A stretch of 52,659 nt of DNA, taken from contig JBMORE010000185.1 of assembly GCA_049322255.1 (NCBI GenBank), positions 1 through 52,659 of the forward strand, given 5' to 3'. The notes under the pieces are model-generated. The model had not been told where the DNA came from. It searched no databases and saw nothing but the letters and a program-made list of their open reading frames with translations. Source of the DNA: Myxococcota bacterium (GTDB lineage Bacteria; Myxococcota; Myxococcia; Myxococcales; Myxococcaceae). Positions 15,984 to 27,298 of the stretch are shown in pieces (position 1 is the stretch's first letter; each line of letters starts with the position of its first letter). A program made the translations under genes and the position numbers.

Positions 15984-18548
15984 GTGCTCAACCCCTTTCA
16001 GTCGGCCTGGAGGCCCTTCCTTCAGAAGTTCGGCTTCGCTTTCCTCTGGGCTGCGCTCTTCGGCGCCCTCTTCGGTGGCCTGGTGTACTTCCGGGTGCCA
16101 CGCGCGGCGCTGGAGGGGGACCCGAATTGGCACCAGCGGCTGCGCCTTTGGTTGGAGGCGGTCGAGCTGTGGACCTACGACTGGCGGGTGCGCGAGTTGG
16201 GGGCGGCCTCGGCGCGCTCCGATGCGGTGGTGCCGGTGGTGATCGACGATGACACCTTGGCCAACGCCCGCGAGAGCTCCTCGTTGCTGCTCGCCGCTCA
16301 GCCCTGGCCACGCGAGGTCCTCGGGGGCCTGGCCGATCAGCTCCAGCGTGAGGGCGCCACCCTGGTGCTTTTTGATTTGGCGCTCACCGATCTTTCGCCT
16401 CGCTCCTGTCCGTCGCCCATGGTGCGCGGCGATGAGCAGCGCTACGCCGACGACGAGAGTCTGCGCTCGCTCCTCGATCGTCACCCCGGCGGCTCGCTGC
16501 TCACCTTCACCTGGAGCTCCGCCGCCGAGCGCCCGGCCGAAAAGGAGCTGCGGCCCTATCTGCTCCTGGTGGAAAGCCGCCGGTCGCTGGATGAGGCACG
16601 CGAGCAGGTGCGCCGCATCTTGGCCGAGCGCGCCCCTGCGTTCCTGGTGCCCAACGGCGATCAGGTGCAGCTGTGGGTGGGGGTGGCGTCGGAGCAGCGC
16701 GGCAAGGAGCTCTTCGAGGCCTGGAACCTCAAAGGCAGCCCCACCCTCCGCCAGCGCACCGCCGCCGATCGGGCGCACGAGGTACCGCCGTGGCGGCTCC
16801 TGGCCTCCCTCTCCGAGGTGAAGGTCGAGGGGCTGAAGGTCGCCAAGCTGCCGCGTGCGCGTTCGCTGGAGGGCCCGGTGCCGGTGCTGCTCTCGGAAGG
16901 GAGCCAGTACGGGGCCGCGACGACGCGCGCCGACCCGGACGGCTTGGTGCGCGCTTACCCGCATTTTCTCCATTTCGTTCCCGACGAAGGGAAAGGTTAC
17001 GTGTTGCCCTCGGCGCCCATCGCCGCGGCAATGCAGCTCGCCGGCTCCCGCTCGCTGCGGTACGCCGACGGGAGGCTGTTCATCGGGGAGAAGTACTCCG
17101 TCCCCATGGACGAGAGCGGGTACGCGCTCATTCGCTGGGATGCCGTCGAGGTGGGGCGCGGAGCGAAGGGTTCGCTCAAACGCTCGTTGTCGGTGTGGCG
17201 GGTCCTGGTCAACCTGCTCGATCACAATCTGCGCCGGGGGCTGGCCCATCACGACAACGACCTGACGGGACGGGTGGCGGTGCTCTCCGATGCGTCGACC
17301 CGCTCGGGAACATCGCACTTGACGCCCATTGGCCTCACCCCCAGCAGCGCGGTGCTCGGGCAGGCGCTGGTGAACATTCTTCGCTCCGACGGCATCAGCC
17401 GCGCCTCGCCCAGGCTCGACCTCCTTCTCACCGGGGTGTTTGCCTTGGTAGGTGCCGTTCTCGCCGTGGCCTTCTCCACCGTCTCGAGGGCGCGCGCGGG
17501 CCCCGTGTCATACGGCTTGGCGCTCGGCGCTGCGGGCGGGGTGTACCTGTGGGTGGCGCGGCAGATCTTCCTCCAAGAGGGAAGGTGGATCGCCGTCGCC
17601 GGGCCGCTCTTGGCCATGTCGGCCACCTTCCTCGCCGCCAGCGGCTATGCGGTGGTGCTCGAGCGTCGGATTCGCGAGCTCATCATCGGGGCGCTGGGCC
17701 GCTACGTGCCCCCCGACGTCGCTTCGCGCCTGCAGCGCGATTTGGCGCTGATGCGTCCGAAGCGAAAAGTAGTGACGGTGTGCTTCACCGACATCGAGGG
17801 CTTCGGAGCACTCGCCGGCAAGCTCACTCCCAAAAAGCTGGTGGCGCTGCTCAACGAGTTCTTCACCGAGATGTCGGCGGTGGTGCAGGAAAACCGCGGG
17901 CAGGTGGACAAGTACGTCGCCGACTCGCTCATGGCGTTCTGGGGAGCGCCGGTGCAGCACGACACCCACGCCGAGTCCGCTTGCGAGAGCGCTTTGATGA
18001 TGCGCGAGGTGCTGAAGCGGCGCCGCGACGACTGGGAGAAGCGCTACGGCCATCGGCTGGAGTTTCGCGCCGGCATCAACACCGGCGAGGCGGTGGTGGG
18101 CGACATGGGCGCCGAGCAAAAATCGAACTACACCGCGATGGGGGCCCCGGTGGCGTTTGCCTCGGAGCTGGAGGCCCTCAATGAGAAATACGGCACCTTC
18201 ATCCTCGTGGGTCAGGCGACCTGTGAGGCCGCCGCCGGCCGGTTCGTTTTTCGCGAGGTCGACCGCTTCTTCGAGGGCGCCACCACCACACGCATCTTCG
18301 AGCTCTTGGGGCGCAAAGGCGCGCTGGGTGAGGAACAGGCGCGCTTCCTGGCGCGGCACGAAGAGGCGTTGGCGGCTTACTACGACCGTCGATTCGGCGA
18401 GGCTGAGGAGAAGTTCGAAGAGATCGTCAAGGACAACGGCGACTTGCTCGCCCGTCGCTACGCCGGCCGGTGCAAGCAGCTCCTCTCATCGCCGCCTCCC
18501 GAGAGCTGGGAGGGTGTGTACACCGGGCCGGAGATCGAGCTGCGTTGA
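15984..18548 (+). CDS. CHASE2-domain class III adenylate/guanylate cyclase family protein with degenerate catalytic motif
   Basis: N-terminal TM, CHASE2 (ELWTYDWR, VVIDD, PWPR, DPDGLVR), three TMs, cyclase domain (FTDIEGF, VDKYVAD, RAGINTG), TPR-like tail. Start codon uncertain. Confidence 0.88.
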   Translation: MLNPFQSAWRPFLQKFGFAFLWAALFGALFGGLVYFRVPRAALEGDPNWHQRLRLWLEAVELWTYDWRVRELGAASARSDAVVPVVIDDDTLANARESSSLLLAAQPWPREVLGGLADQLQREGATLVLFDLALTDLSPRSCPSPMVRGDEQRYADDESLRSLLDRHPGGSLLTFTWSSAAERPAEKELRPYLLLVESRRSLDEAREQVRRILAERAPAFLVPNGDQVQLWVGVASEQRGKELFEAWNLKGSPTLRQRTAADRAHEVPPWRLLASLSEVKVEGLKVAKLPRARSLEGPVPVLLSEGSQYGAATTRADPDGLVRAYPHFLHFVPDEGKGYVLPSAPIAAAMQLAGSRSLRYADGRLFIGEKYSVPMDESGYALIRWDAVEVGRGAKGSLKRSLSVWRVLVNLLDHNLRRGLAHHDNDLTGRVAVLSDASTRSGTSHLTPIGLTPSSAVLGQALVNILRSDGISRASPRLDLLLTGVFALVGAVLAVAFSTVSRARAGPVSYGLALGAAGGVYLWVARQIFLQEGRWIAVAGPLLAMSATFLAASGYAVVLERRIRELIIGALGRYVPPDVASRLQRDLALMRPKRKVVTVCFTDIEGFGALAGKLTPKKLVALLNEFFTEMSAVVQENRGQVDKYVADSLMAFWGAPVQHDTHAESACESALMMREVLKRRRDDWEKRYGHRLEFRAGINTGEAVVGDMGAEQKSNYTAMGAPVAFASELEALNEKYGTFILVGQATCEAAAGRFVFREVDRFFEGATTTRIFELLGRKGALGEEQARFLARHEEALAAYYDRRFGEAEEKFEEIVKDNGDLLARRYAGRCKQLLSSPPPESWEGVYTGPEIELR

Positions 18549-18621
18549 AGCGGCGGCGGTAGGCACGCGCCAGGTTCGACGGTATACCTTCGAGACTTCG
18601 ACAACCGGTCAAGGAGGCACC

Positions 18622-19368
18622 GTGCAGCTCAATCAACTGAAAGTCATCGTCACTGGCGCCGCGCAAGGCATGGGCGCTCACTTCGCCACCCGGCTGGCCG
18701 AGGCCGGGGCGCAGGTCACGGCAGGAGACGTCAACGAGGCAGGGCTGGCTGCGTTGCCCAAGGGCGTTCACCGGCGCAAGCTCGACGTCTCCAACGAGGC
18801 CGACGTCACCTCCTTCGCGGCTTTTGCGTTCGACGCCATGGGCGGGCTCAACGGGCTGGTGAACAACGCCGGCATCTTGCGCGACGGGCTACTCGTCAAG
18901 CGGGACAAGAGCACTGGCCAGGTGACCAAGTTGGCCACCTCCGACTGGAACGCGGTGCTCGGCGTCAACTTGACCGGCGCAACGCTGATGGTGCGCGAGG
19001 TGGTGGCGCGCATGGTGGAGAAGGAGCAGCGCCCCGGGGTCATCGTGAACATGTCGTCGATCGCCCGGCACGGAAACCGCGGGCAGTCGAACTACGTGGC
19101 GGCGAAGGCAGCGCTGGCGGCCAACACCGTCACCTGGGCCAAGGAGTTTGGGCCGTTCGGCATTCGCGTGGGCGCCATCGCGCCGGGAATGATCGAGACC
19201 CCGATGACCCAGGGGATGAACCAGAAGGCACGCGACGCGCTGGTGGCCGCGGTGCCGGTGGGCCGGGTGGGTGTGCCCGAGGACATCTGGGTGGCGGTGA
19301 AGTTCGTGCTCGAGTGCGACTACTTCAACGGCCGCACCATCGACGTCGACGGCGGTCTGAGCATGTGA
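18622..19368 (+). CDS. SDR family oxidoreductase (FabG-like)
   Basis: TGAAQGMG, NNAGI, YVAAK (YxxxK), APGMIETPM, VDGG; AAGGAGG RBS. Confidence 0.92.
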   Translation: MQLNQLKVIVTGAAQGMGAHFATRLAEAGAQVTAGDVNEAGLAALPKGVHRRKLDVSNEADVTSFAAFAFDAMGGLNGLVNNAGILRDGLLVKRDKSTGQVTKLATSDWNAVLGVNLTGATLMVREVVARMVEKEQRPGVIVNMSSIARHGNRGQSNYVAAKAALAANTVTWAKEFGPFGIRVGAIAPGMIETPMTQGMNQKARDALVAAVPVGRVGVPEDIWVAVKFVLECDYFNGRTIDVDGGLSM

Positions 19369-19376
19369 CCGAAGGG

Positions 19377-19757
19377 TTATTTGTTTTCGCCCTTGCGCAG
19401 GTCGTCTTCTTTCGAGGGGTCGCCCAGAAGCTCAGTCACCGTCCGGTCGGCTCCGATGTGCTCGGCCACCACGCGCTCCATCGCCGGAGGGTTCATCGCT
19501 CCGTAGTAGGCCTCGCCCTCGAAGCCCATGAGCTGAAAGTCCTCACGGGAAAACGGGTCTCGCTTCTTGCCGGTGTCCTCGCGCACCACCACGTTGGGGC
19601 CCAGGTGGCATAAGCCGTAGCACCCGCCCCGGTAGACCTCGCAGCGTGGCGTCAGGCCGGCCTTGCCCACCGCCTCGCGGGCGGCGGCGAACACCGCGTC
19701 GGCCCCGTTGCGCTTGCAGTCGGGGCCCTTGCAGACGGAGAGGCGGTACTTCTTCAC
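19377..19757 (-). CDS. Thioredoxin-like [2Fe-2S] ferredoxin
   Basis: C-x4-C-x31-C-x3-C (CKGPDC...CYGLC) followed by GPNV; closing ERVVAEHI. Confidence 0.85.
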   Translation of the reverse strand: MKKYRLSVCKGPDCKRNGADAVFAAAREAVGKAGLTPRCEVYRGGCYGLCHLGPNVVVREDTGKKRDPFSREDFQLMGFEGEAYYGAMNPPAMERVVAEHIGADRTVTELLGDPSKEDDLRKGENK

Positions 19758-19815
19758 AGCGCCAACGGTATGGACTTTGCCCCTCGGTGGGAAGCTGCTT
19801 TCTTCGACCCCTTCC

Positions 19816-21114
19816 ATGGGCGAGAAGCACTTCCGAGGCCTCGGCGGCATTCGCCGCGCATTCGCCACCCCGTCGGCGCTGACGATGCTCTTTTTGGGCT
19901 TTGGCAGCGGGCTTCCGTTTCTCCTGGTGGGGGGAACGTTGTCCACCTGGCTTCGCGACACGGGAGTGGGGCTCACCGCGATTGGGCTCATCAGCTATGC
20001 GAGCTTCTTCTACGCGCTCAAGTTCTTCTGGGCGCCGCTGGTCGACCGCTGGGCGGTGCCCCTGTTCCGCAAGCTGGGGAGGCGCCGCAGTTGGCTTCTT
20101 ACCTCGCAGCTTCTCCTCCTCGTCGCGCTGGCAGCGATGGGCGTGAGCGACCCGGCGGTCTCCATCACCGCCTTCGTCGCGCTGGCAGCGGTGGCTTCGT
20201 TCGCGGGAGCGACGCAAGACATCGTGGTCGACGCCTACCGCATCGAGATCGCCCCCGCCGAAGCGCAGGCCGCGCTCGCCGCGACGTACACGTTGGGATA
20301 CCGGGTGGCGCTCATCCTCTCCGGCGCCGGCGTCCTCTACCTCGCGGAGCTTTCCAGCTGGCGCCTCGCCTACCTCGCGATGGCGGGGCTCTTCCTCCTA
20401 CCCATCGGGGCCACCCTGCTCGCGCGCGAGCCTGAGCGGGTGGCCGACGTCGGCAGGGCGCCTACCCTCGTGGGCAGCTTCCTGCAGCCGTTCCTCGAGT
20501 TCTTTTCCCGCAACGGGCTTGTGCTTGGGCTGGCGCTGCTCGCCTTCGTCGGGCTCTTCAAGTTCCCCGATCAAATCATCGGCGTGCTTTCCGGCCCTTT
20601 CTATTTGGACTGCGGCTACAGCAAGGCGGAGATCGCCACCGTCTCCAAGCTCTACGGGGTGTGGGTGGGGGTCGCCGGCGCGTTTCTCGGAGGGGCGGGC
20701 GTGGCGATGTTTCGCATGAGGCCCGTGCTCGTCCTCGCGGCGATCGCCGTGGCCGTCTCCAATCTCGCTTTTCTCCTGATGGCCCAGTTTCCGGCGCAGC
20801 TGTGGGCCTTCGTGGTGGCCATCTCGGCGGACAACCTCTCGCAGGGCCTCGCGGGCACCGTGCTGGTGGCGTTCATGTCCTCTCTCACCCATCGGCACTT
20901 CACCGCGACGCAGTACGCGCTGCTCGTGTCGCTGGCCAACCTGCCGGGCAAGCTGGCGGCGGGAGTGTCGGGGATGATCGTCGAAGCGAGCAGCTACGGC
21001 GCCTTCTTCCTGCTCAGCGCGCTCTCGGTGGTGCCAGCCCTGCTCTTGCTCACGTGGCTGGGGCAACGCCTCGATGCCCAGCCGGTCGTGCTGGTGGCGG
21101 ACGGGGTTACTTGA
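19816..21114 (+). CDS. ampG: AmpG-family MFS muropeptide permease
   Basis: LGFGSGLPFLL, LKFFWAPLVD, LGRRRSW, ATQDIVVDAYRIE, FTATQYAL. Confidence 0.88.
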   Translation: MGEKHFRGLGGIRRAFATPSALTMLFLGFGSGLPFLLVGGTLSTWLRDTGVGLTAIGLISYASFFYALKFFWAPLVDRWAVPLFRKLGRRRSWLLTSQLLLLVALAAMGVSDPAVSITAFVALAAVASFAGATQDIVVDAYRIEIAPAEAQAALAATYTLGYRVALILSGAGVLYLAELSSWRLAYLAMAGLFLLPIGATLLAREPERVADVGRAPTLVGSFLQPFLEFFSRNGLVLGLALLAFVGLFKFPDQIIGVLSGPFYLDCGYSKAEIATVSKLYGVWVGVAGAFLGGAGVAMFRMRPVLVLAAIAVAVSNLAFLLMAQFPAQLWAFVVAISADNLSQGLAGTVLVAFMSSLTHRHFTATQYALLVSLANLPGKLAAGVSGMIVEASSYGAFFLLSALSVVPALLLLTWLGQRLDAQPVVLVADGVT

Positions 21115-21199
21115 TCCGTGGGGGTAGATCTCCATGCCCACCCGGGTGTCGAGTGCATCGGGCGTGAAGAGGCAATAGACTTTCAAATGCGAGGTTTCA

Positions 21200-21781
21200 A
21201 TGCGCATTCCCGGCAAACGGCCAGCCACCTACGAGGACTTGAAGGCCGTCCCCGATACGATGATCTCTCAGATCCTCGACGGAGAGCTTATCGCAACGCC
21301 ACGGCCGGCGTTCGGACACGCGGCGGCCACGACGGCATTGAGCGGCGAGCTTTCGGGTCCGTTCCATCGAGGGAGAGGAGGCCCTGGTGGTTGGTGGATT
21401 TTCTACGAGCCCGAGCTCCACTTGGGCCGCGACATCCTCGTTCCCGACCTGGCCGGTTGGCGACGCGAACGCATGGTCAAGCCACCCGCACCAAACGAGC
21501 CATTCGTTACCCTCTCGCCCGACTGGGTCTGCGAGGTGCTATCGCCGTCAACGGTCAGCCTCGATCGGGTGAAGAAGAAGCACATCTATGCACGCGAGCG
21601 TGTGCAATATGTGTGGTTCGTCGACCCCATCGGCAAGACGCTCGAGGTCTTCAAGCTGCAGGACGGCGAAATCTGGATCGAGCTAGGGACTCATGCGGGC
21701 GATGAGAAAGTTCGCGCGGAACCCTTCGACGCGATCGAGCTCGAGCTCTCGGCGCTCTGGCTCCCCGAGGAACCCGCCTAA
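21200..21781 (+). CDS. Uma2 family (DUF820) putative endonuclease
   Basis: PATYEDL, EPELHL, VPDLAGW, PDWVCEVLSPST, DRVKK..Y, WFVDP. Confidence 0.93.
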   Translation: MRIPGKRPATYEDLKAVPDTMISQILDGELIATPRPAFGHAAATTALSGELSGPFHRGRGGPGGWWIFYEPELHLGRDILVPDLAGWRRERMVKPPAPNEPFVTLSPDWVCEVLSPSTVSLDRVKKKHIYARERVQYVWFVDPIGKTLEVFKLQDGEIWIELGTHAGDEKVRAEPFDAIELELSALWLPEEPA

Positions 21782-21783
21782 GG

Positions 21784-22485
21784 TTACTTGAAGAACTTGG
21801 TGACGTGCACCTGCTTCTGGGTGTCGACCTCGAAGCGCGGTGTGCTGGACGCGGACGCCTGGATGCGGGTGTGCGCCTCCTTGTGCACCTCCTCGGGAGC
21901 CGGCGACGCGTCACGCTTGTACCAGGGGTCGGAGGGGTGGGTGACTGCCGGCCCCTTGAGCAGCTTGGGGATGTCGTAGACGAAGCCCTGCCGGGTGTAC
22001 TCCGAGGGGGTGTGGGTGTACGTGTCCATGCGAATCGCGTCCTTGGGGCAGGCGTCGACGCACAACCCGCACACGATGCAGCGCAGCTCGTCGATGACGA
22101 ACTGGGTGGGGAATTTCTCAATCACCCGCGAGGCGCTCTGGGGGACCGCGTCCTCGTACTCCCCGGCTTCGATGTAGATGCACTGCGCAGGGCAAATGGT
22201 GGCGCACATGTAGCAAGCCACGCAGCGCGGCTTTCCGTCCTCCCGCGGCACCAACCGGTGCAGCCCCCGGTAACCAGGCGGGTAAGGGACTTTCTCCTCG
22301 GGGTACTGCACGGTGGAGACCAGGTTGGTGCCGGTGCGGTCCACCACGCTGGGGTTCATGTCGCGGGTGCCGAAGAGGTTGCGCAGGAAGTGGCGGGTGG
22401 TCACCGCCAGCCCGCGCAAAAGCTCGGGGAGGAACGTGCGAACGCGAACGTCTTCGGTTTCGCTGTGGACGGGCTTGAAGGACAT
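21784..22485 (-). CDS. nuoI: NADH-quinone oxidoreductase subunit I (set 1)
   Basis: [24 protein letters not shown] and [12 protein letters not shown]. Confidence 0.93.
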   Translation of the reverse strand: MSFKPVHSETEDVRVRTFLPELLRGLAVTTRHFLRNLFGTRDMNPSVVDRTGTNLVSTVQYPEEKVPYPPGYRGLHRLVPREDGKPRCVACYMCATICPAQCIYIEAGEYEDAVPQSASRVIEKFPTQFVIDELRCIVCGLCVDACPKDAIRMDTYTHTPSEYTRQGFVYDIPKLLKGPAVTHPSDPWYKRDASPAPEEVHKEAHTRIQASASSTPRFEVDTQKQVHVTKFFK

Positions 22486-22500
22486 GAGCCGTGTGGAACC

Positions 22501-23856
<1,356 letters not shown>

Positions 23857-23858
23857 CG

Positions 23859-25541
23859 TCAGATTCCCCTCACCCGCGGCACGCCCTGCTCGCGGTAACC
23901 GGGCGGGCGCCCGTCGGCGGCAGCGGGCAGCGGGCTCAACCCCGGCGTCTTCTTTTGCAGCGGCGCCTGGTCCCAATCGACGCTGGCGAACTCCTTCACC
24001 GTGCAAGAAAGCGCCTTCCACACCTCGCGGGCGGTGGTGTGCGGCGTCGGCTTGCCCAGCTCGCCCGACAGCTCGCACGCCCAGCGCCAGTGCGGCCAGC
24101 TCTCGCCGCGTGCGGGGTATGCGCGACGGAAACGCTGGGTGATGCCTGCCTCCTGGGTGAACGAGCCCTCTTCCTCGACGTGGGGAGTGGCCGCGAGCAG
24201 CACGTGTGCTTGCGTGCTCACCGGGCCGACGTTGAAGGCTTGGAGGACGAACAGCTCGAGCTGGGCGAGCGACTTGGAGAAGAGCTCGGCGTCGACGGGT
24301 ACTTCTCCGCCGATCGCGTACACCGCCTTGACCTTGCCGCTCTCGATGTCGGCCGCGAGCACGTCGACGGCGGCGAGACGCAGCCCCAAGGCAGCGGCGA
24401 TCCACTCCAGGCCCTTGCGGTTGGGGTTTTTGTCCGCGGTCATCAGGAGATGGTCGGCCTGACCTTCGGGCCGCCCGGACACGTGCACGGTGGAGACGCC
24501 CAAGACCTCCTTGGCGAAGGTGAGGCCAGCGAGCAGGTCTTCGTTCGAGGCCAGGGCCGACGCCATCACCGCCAGCCCGGAGGTGTTCACCAGCGGCTCG
24601 AGCTTCATCGCTGCGTACTTCACCGCCTCGAGCCGCGCCGCCTCGCGTACGTCAGCGCCGCGCCCGATGGAGGAGGTCAGTACCCTTTCCAGATTCAAAT
24701 ACTTGTACGAGAGCCGGCCCTGGTCGCACATCCAGCTCTTGTTGATCGCCTCGTTCTCCCGGGGACGGTAGCGATAGGTGTCTTGCCCCATGAAGTCCAC
24801 GTAGATGTTGCAGCCACGCGAGCATCCCGTGCACACCGAGGGCGCCGCGGAGAGGAACCAGGCGCGCGCGCGGAAGCGGAAGTCACGGTTCAAAAGCGCG
24901 CCCACCGGGCAGATGTCCACCGTGTTGCCGGCGTAGTTCGAGTCGAGCGGCTGGCCAGGGAAGACGTCGATGCGCTCGTGCGAGCCACGGCCGAAGACTC
25001 CCAGCTGCGGCTCTTTGGGTACTTCGTCCATGAAGCGCACGCAGCGGGTGCAGAGGATGCAGCGCTCCTGGTCCAGCACCACCAGCGGCCCCAAGACTTT
25101 GCGCTTGTCCTTGAGGACCTTGCCGCCCTCCAGCCGTGAGGGCCGGTGGTCGTAGCGCATGTAGTAATCCTGAAGCTTGCACTCGCCGGCCTGGTCGCAG
25201 ATGGCGCAGTCCACCGGGTGGTTGAGCAGGAGGAACTCGAGCACCGCGCGCTGGTTGTCCTTCACCTTGGGGGTCTGGGTCTTCACCGCCAGCCCTTCGG
25301 TGAGCGCGGTCTGGCACGCGGGGACGAGCTTGGGCGCGTTGGAGACCTCGACCAGGCACATGCGGCAGTTGGCGGCGATGGAGAGGCGAGGGTGGTAGCA
25401 GTAGTAAGGAATCTCCGAGCCGGCGCCGCGCGCGGCTTCGATCATGTTGGTGCCCGGCTTGACCACCACTTCCTTGCCGTCGATGGTGGCGGTGACGAAG
25501 CCGGGGTTCTTCGGCTGCGGTTTCTGTGGCCCGTTGCTCAC
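23859..25541 (-). CDS. nuoG: NADH-quinone oxidoreductase subunit G, short form (~560 aa)
   Basis: N1b (CYH...CRMC...C), N5 (HPVDCAICDQAGEC), N4 (CILCTRC...C) and N7 (CTGCSRGC...C) motifs; GTG start overlaps the nuoD stop. Confidence 0.9.
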   Translation of the reverse strand: MSNGPQKPQPKNPGFVTATIDGKEVVVKPGTNMIEAARGAGSEIPYYCYHPRLSIAANCRMCLVEVSNAPKLVPACQTALTEGLAVKTQTPKVKDNQRAVLEFLLLNHPVDCAICDQAGECKLQDYYMRYDHRPSRLEGGKVLKDKRKVLGPLVVLDQERCILCTRCVRFMDEVPKEPQLGVFGRGSHERIDVFPGQPLDSNYAGNTVDICPVGALLNRDFRFRARAWFLSAAPSVCTGCSRGCNIYVDFMGQDTYRYRPRENEAINKSWMCDQGRLSYKYLNLERVLTSSIGRGADVREAARLEAVKYAAMKLEPLVNTSGLAVMASALASNEDLLAGLTFAKEVLGVSTVHVSGRPEGQADHLLMTADKNPNRKGLEWIAAALGLRLAAVDVLAADIESGKVKAVYAIGGEVPVDAELFSKSLAQLELFVLQAFNVGPVSTQAHVLLAATPHVEEEGSFTQEAGITQRFRRAYPARGESWPHWRWACELSGELGKPTPHTTAREVWKALSCTVKEFASVDWDQAPLQKKTPGLSPLPAAADGRPPGYREQGVPRVRGI

Positions 25542-26755
25542 TGCTCGACCTCGCCGCCGATCATGTTGATGGTGTCGAAGGTGGGGATGAGGTCGGCAAG
25601 CATTCTGCCTTCGATCATTCGGCTCACCCCCGAGAGAATGGCGAAGCCCGGCGCGCGCACGTGGACCTTGTAGGGCCGCCCGCTGCCGTCGCTCACCAGG
25701 TACCATCCCAGCTCGCCGTTGGCGGCCTCGGTGCTGTCGTAGACCTCTCCGGCAGGCACCTGCACCCCCTCCATGATGAGCTTGAAGTGCGCCATCACTC
25801 CTTCGATGGTGCCGTACACCTCGGGCTTGGGCGGAAGCACGATGCGCCAGTCGTCGATGATCACCGGCCCCTCGGGCAGCTGTTCGAAGGCCTGCCGCAC
25901 GATGCGCATCGACTGCTTGAGCTCCTCCAAGCGCACCAGGTAGCGGTCGTAGTTGTCGCCGTTCTTCCCCAGCGGCACGTCGAACTCGAGCCGGTCGTAA
26001 ACCCAGTACGGTTTGGCCTTGCGCACGTCGTAGGCCACTCCGCAGGCGCGCAGGCAGGGGCCGGTGAAGCCGAAGTCGAGCGCGTCACGGTCGGTGATCA
26101 CCCCGGTGCCCTTCATGCGATCGACGAAGATGCGGTTGCGCGTGAGCAGCGTGTCGACCTCGTCGGCCAGGGAGGCAATCTTGTCGAGAGACTTGAGGAC
26201 CTTGTCCTTCCAGCCGTCGGGTAGGTCGCGGTTGAGCCCCCCCACCCGGCCGAAGGTGGTGGTCAGCCGCGCCCCAGTGAGCTCGGTGATGCGATCGATG
26301 ATCAGCTCTCGCGCTTCGATGCCGTAGAGGAAAGCGGAGAAGCCGCCCAGCTCGAGGCCGATCGCGCCGATGCAGGTGAGGTGGTCGGCGATGCGGTGCA
26401 GCTCGCTGCCGATGACGCGGATGTATTGGGCCCGCTCGGGAACCGTCAGACCGATGAGCTTTTCGACCGCGTTCAAGAAACCGAAGTTGTTCATCAACGC
26501 CGAGACGTAGTTGAGCCGGTCGGTGTACGGCAGGCACTGCGTCCAGGTGACGTTCTCGCAGCTTTTTTGGAAGCCGCGGTGGAGGAAGCCAATCTCCGGG
26601 TCGGCGCGGACGATGGTTTCACCCTCCAGCTCGACCTTCATCCGCACGGTGCCGTGCATCGCCGGGTGCGAGGGCCCTAAGTTGACCACCATGTGCTTGG
26701 TGGGCAGGTGCGCTTCGAGCTCGCTCTCGGGCGGGTTGGGGTCGTAGTCGGCCAT
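25538..26755 (-). CDS. nuoD: NADH-quinone oxidoreductase subunit D (set 1)
   Basis: GPSHPAMHG, GFLHRG, DRLNY, TGARLT, EAANGELG; no NiFe CxxC pairs. Confidence 0.94.
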   Translation of the reverse strand: MADYDPNPPESELEAHLPTKHMVVNLGPSHPAMHGTVRMKVELEGETIVRADPEIGFLHRGFQKSCENVTWTQCLPYTDRLNYVSALMNNFGFLNAVEKLIGLTVPERAQYIRVIGSELHRIADHLTCIGAIGLELGGFSAFLYGIEARELIIDRITELTGARLTTTFGRVGGLNRDLPDGWKDKVLKSLDKIASLADEVDTLLTRNRIFVDRMKGTGVITDRDALDFGFTGPCLRACGVAYDVRKAKPYWVYDRLEFDVPLGKNGDNYDRYLVRLEELKQSMRIVRQAFEQLPEGPVIIDDWRIVLPPKPEVYGTIEGVMAHFKLIMEGVQVPAGEVYDSTEAANGELGWYLVSDGSGRPYKVHVRAPGFAILSGVSRMIEGRMLADLIPTFDTINMIGGEVEQ

Positions 26756-26764
26756 GGAGGTAGG

Positions 26765-27298
26765 TCAGGCGACGCCGCTGGTGCCGGGGCCGCGGAAGAT
26801 GTCTTTGAGGGGGCGTTCGGGAATGAGCGGCTGTCGTTCCCGTAAAGCATAGTCCTTGCGCAGCGGGTGGCCCTTGAACTCCTCGTATAGAAGGATGCGC
26901 CGCAGGTCGGGGTGCTCGGTGAAGCGGACGCCGTAAAAGTCCCACACCAGGCGCTCCCACCAGTTGGCGCCCTGGTAGATGCCCGCCAGGCTGGGGATTT
27001 CCGGCTGGTCTTCAAAGACGCGCACCTTGAGCCGCACGTGCTCGTTACGCTTGAGCGAGTAGAGGAAATAGACGACCTCGAAGCGCGGCGTGGGCTGGGG
27101 GAGGTTCAGCCGATCCACCGCGTCGGCGGAAAGGAAGAGGGAGAAGTCGAGCTCAGGAGCGTTCTTGAGGTGGCTGGCCACCTCGCACAAGCGCTCGGCA
27201 CGAACGACCGCCCACTCGGCCCCGGTGCGGTCGAAATACCGCTCGGAGAAGGCGTCGGGGAACAGCTCGGCGACCTTGTCCAACGCGAACTTGCTCAC
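26765..27298 (-). CDS. nuoC: NADH-quinone oxidoreductase subunit C (set 1)
   Basis: [40 protein letters not shown]. Confidence 0.93.
   Translation of the reverse strand: MSKFALDKVAELFPDAFSERYFDRTGAEWAVVRAERLCEVASHLKNAPELDFSLFLSADAVDRLNLPQPTPRFEVVYFLYSLKRNEHVRLKVRVFEDQPEIPSLAGIYQGANWWERLVWDFYGVRFTEHPDLRRILLYEEFKGHPLRKDYALRERQPLIPERPLKDIFRGPGTSGVA

Noticed and set aside
15234..17318. Long overlapping ORF extensions (1104 aa plus strand, 765 aa minus strand)
   Set aside because: Stop-poor shadow frames in high-GC DNA; plausible starts are 15984 (+) and 15914 (-), giving a simple divergent pair.
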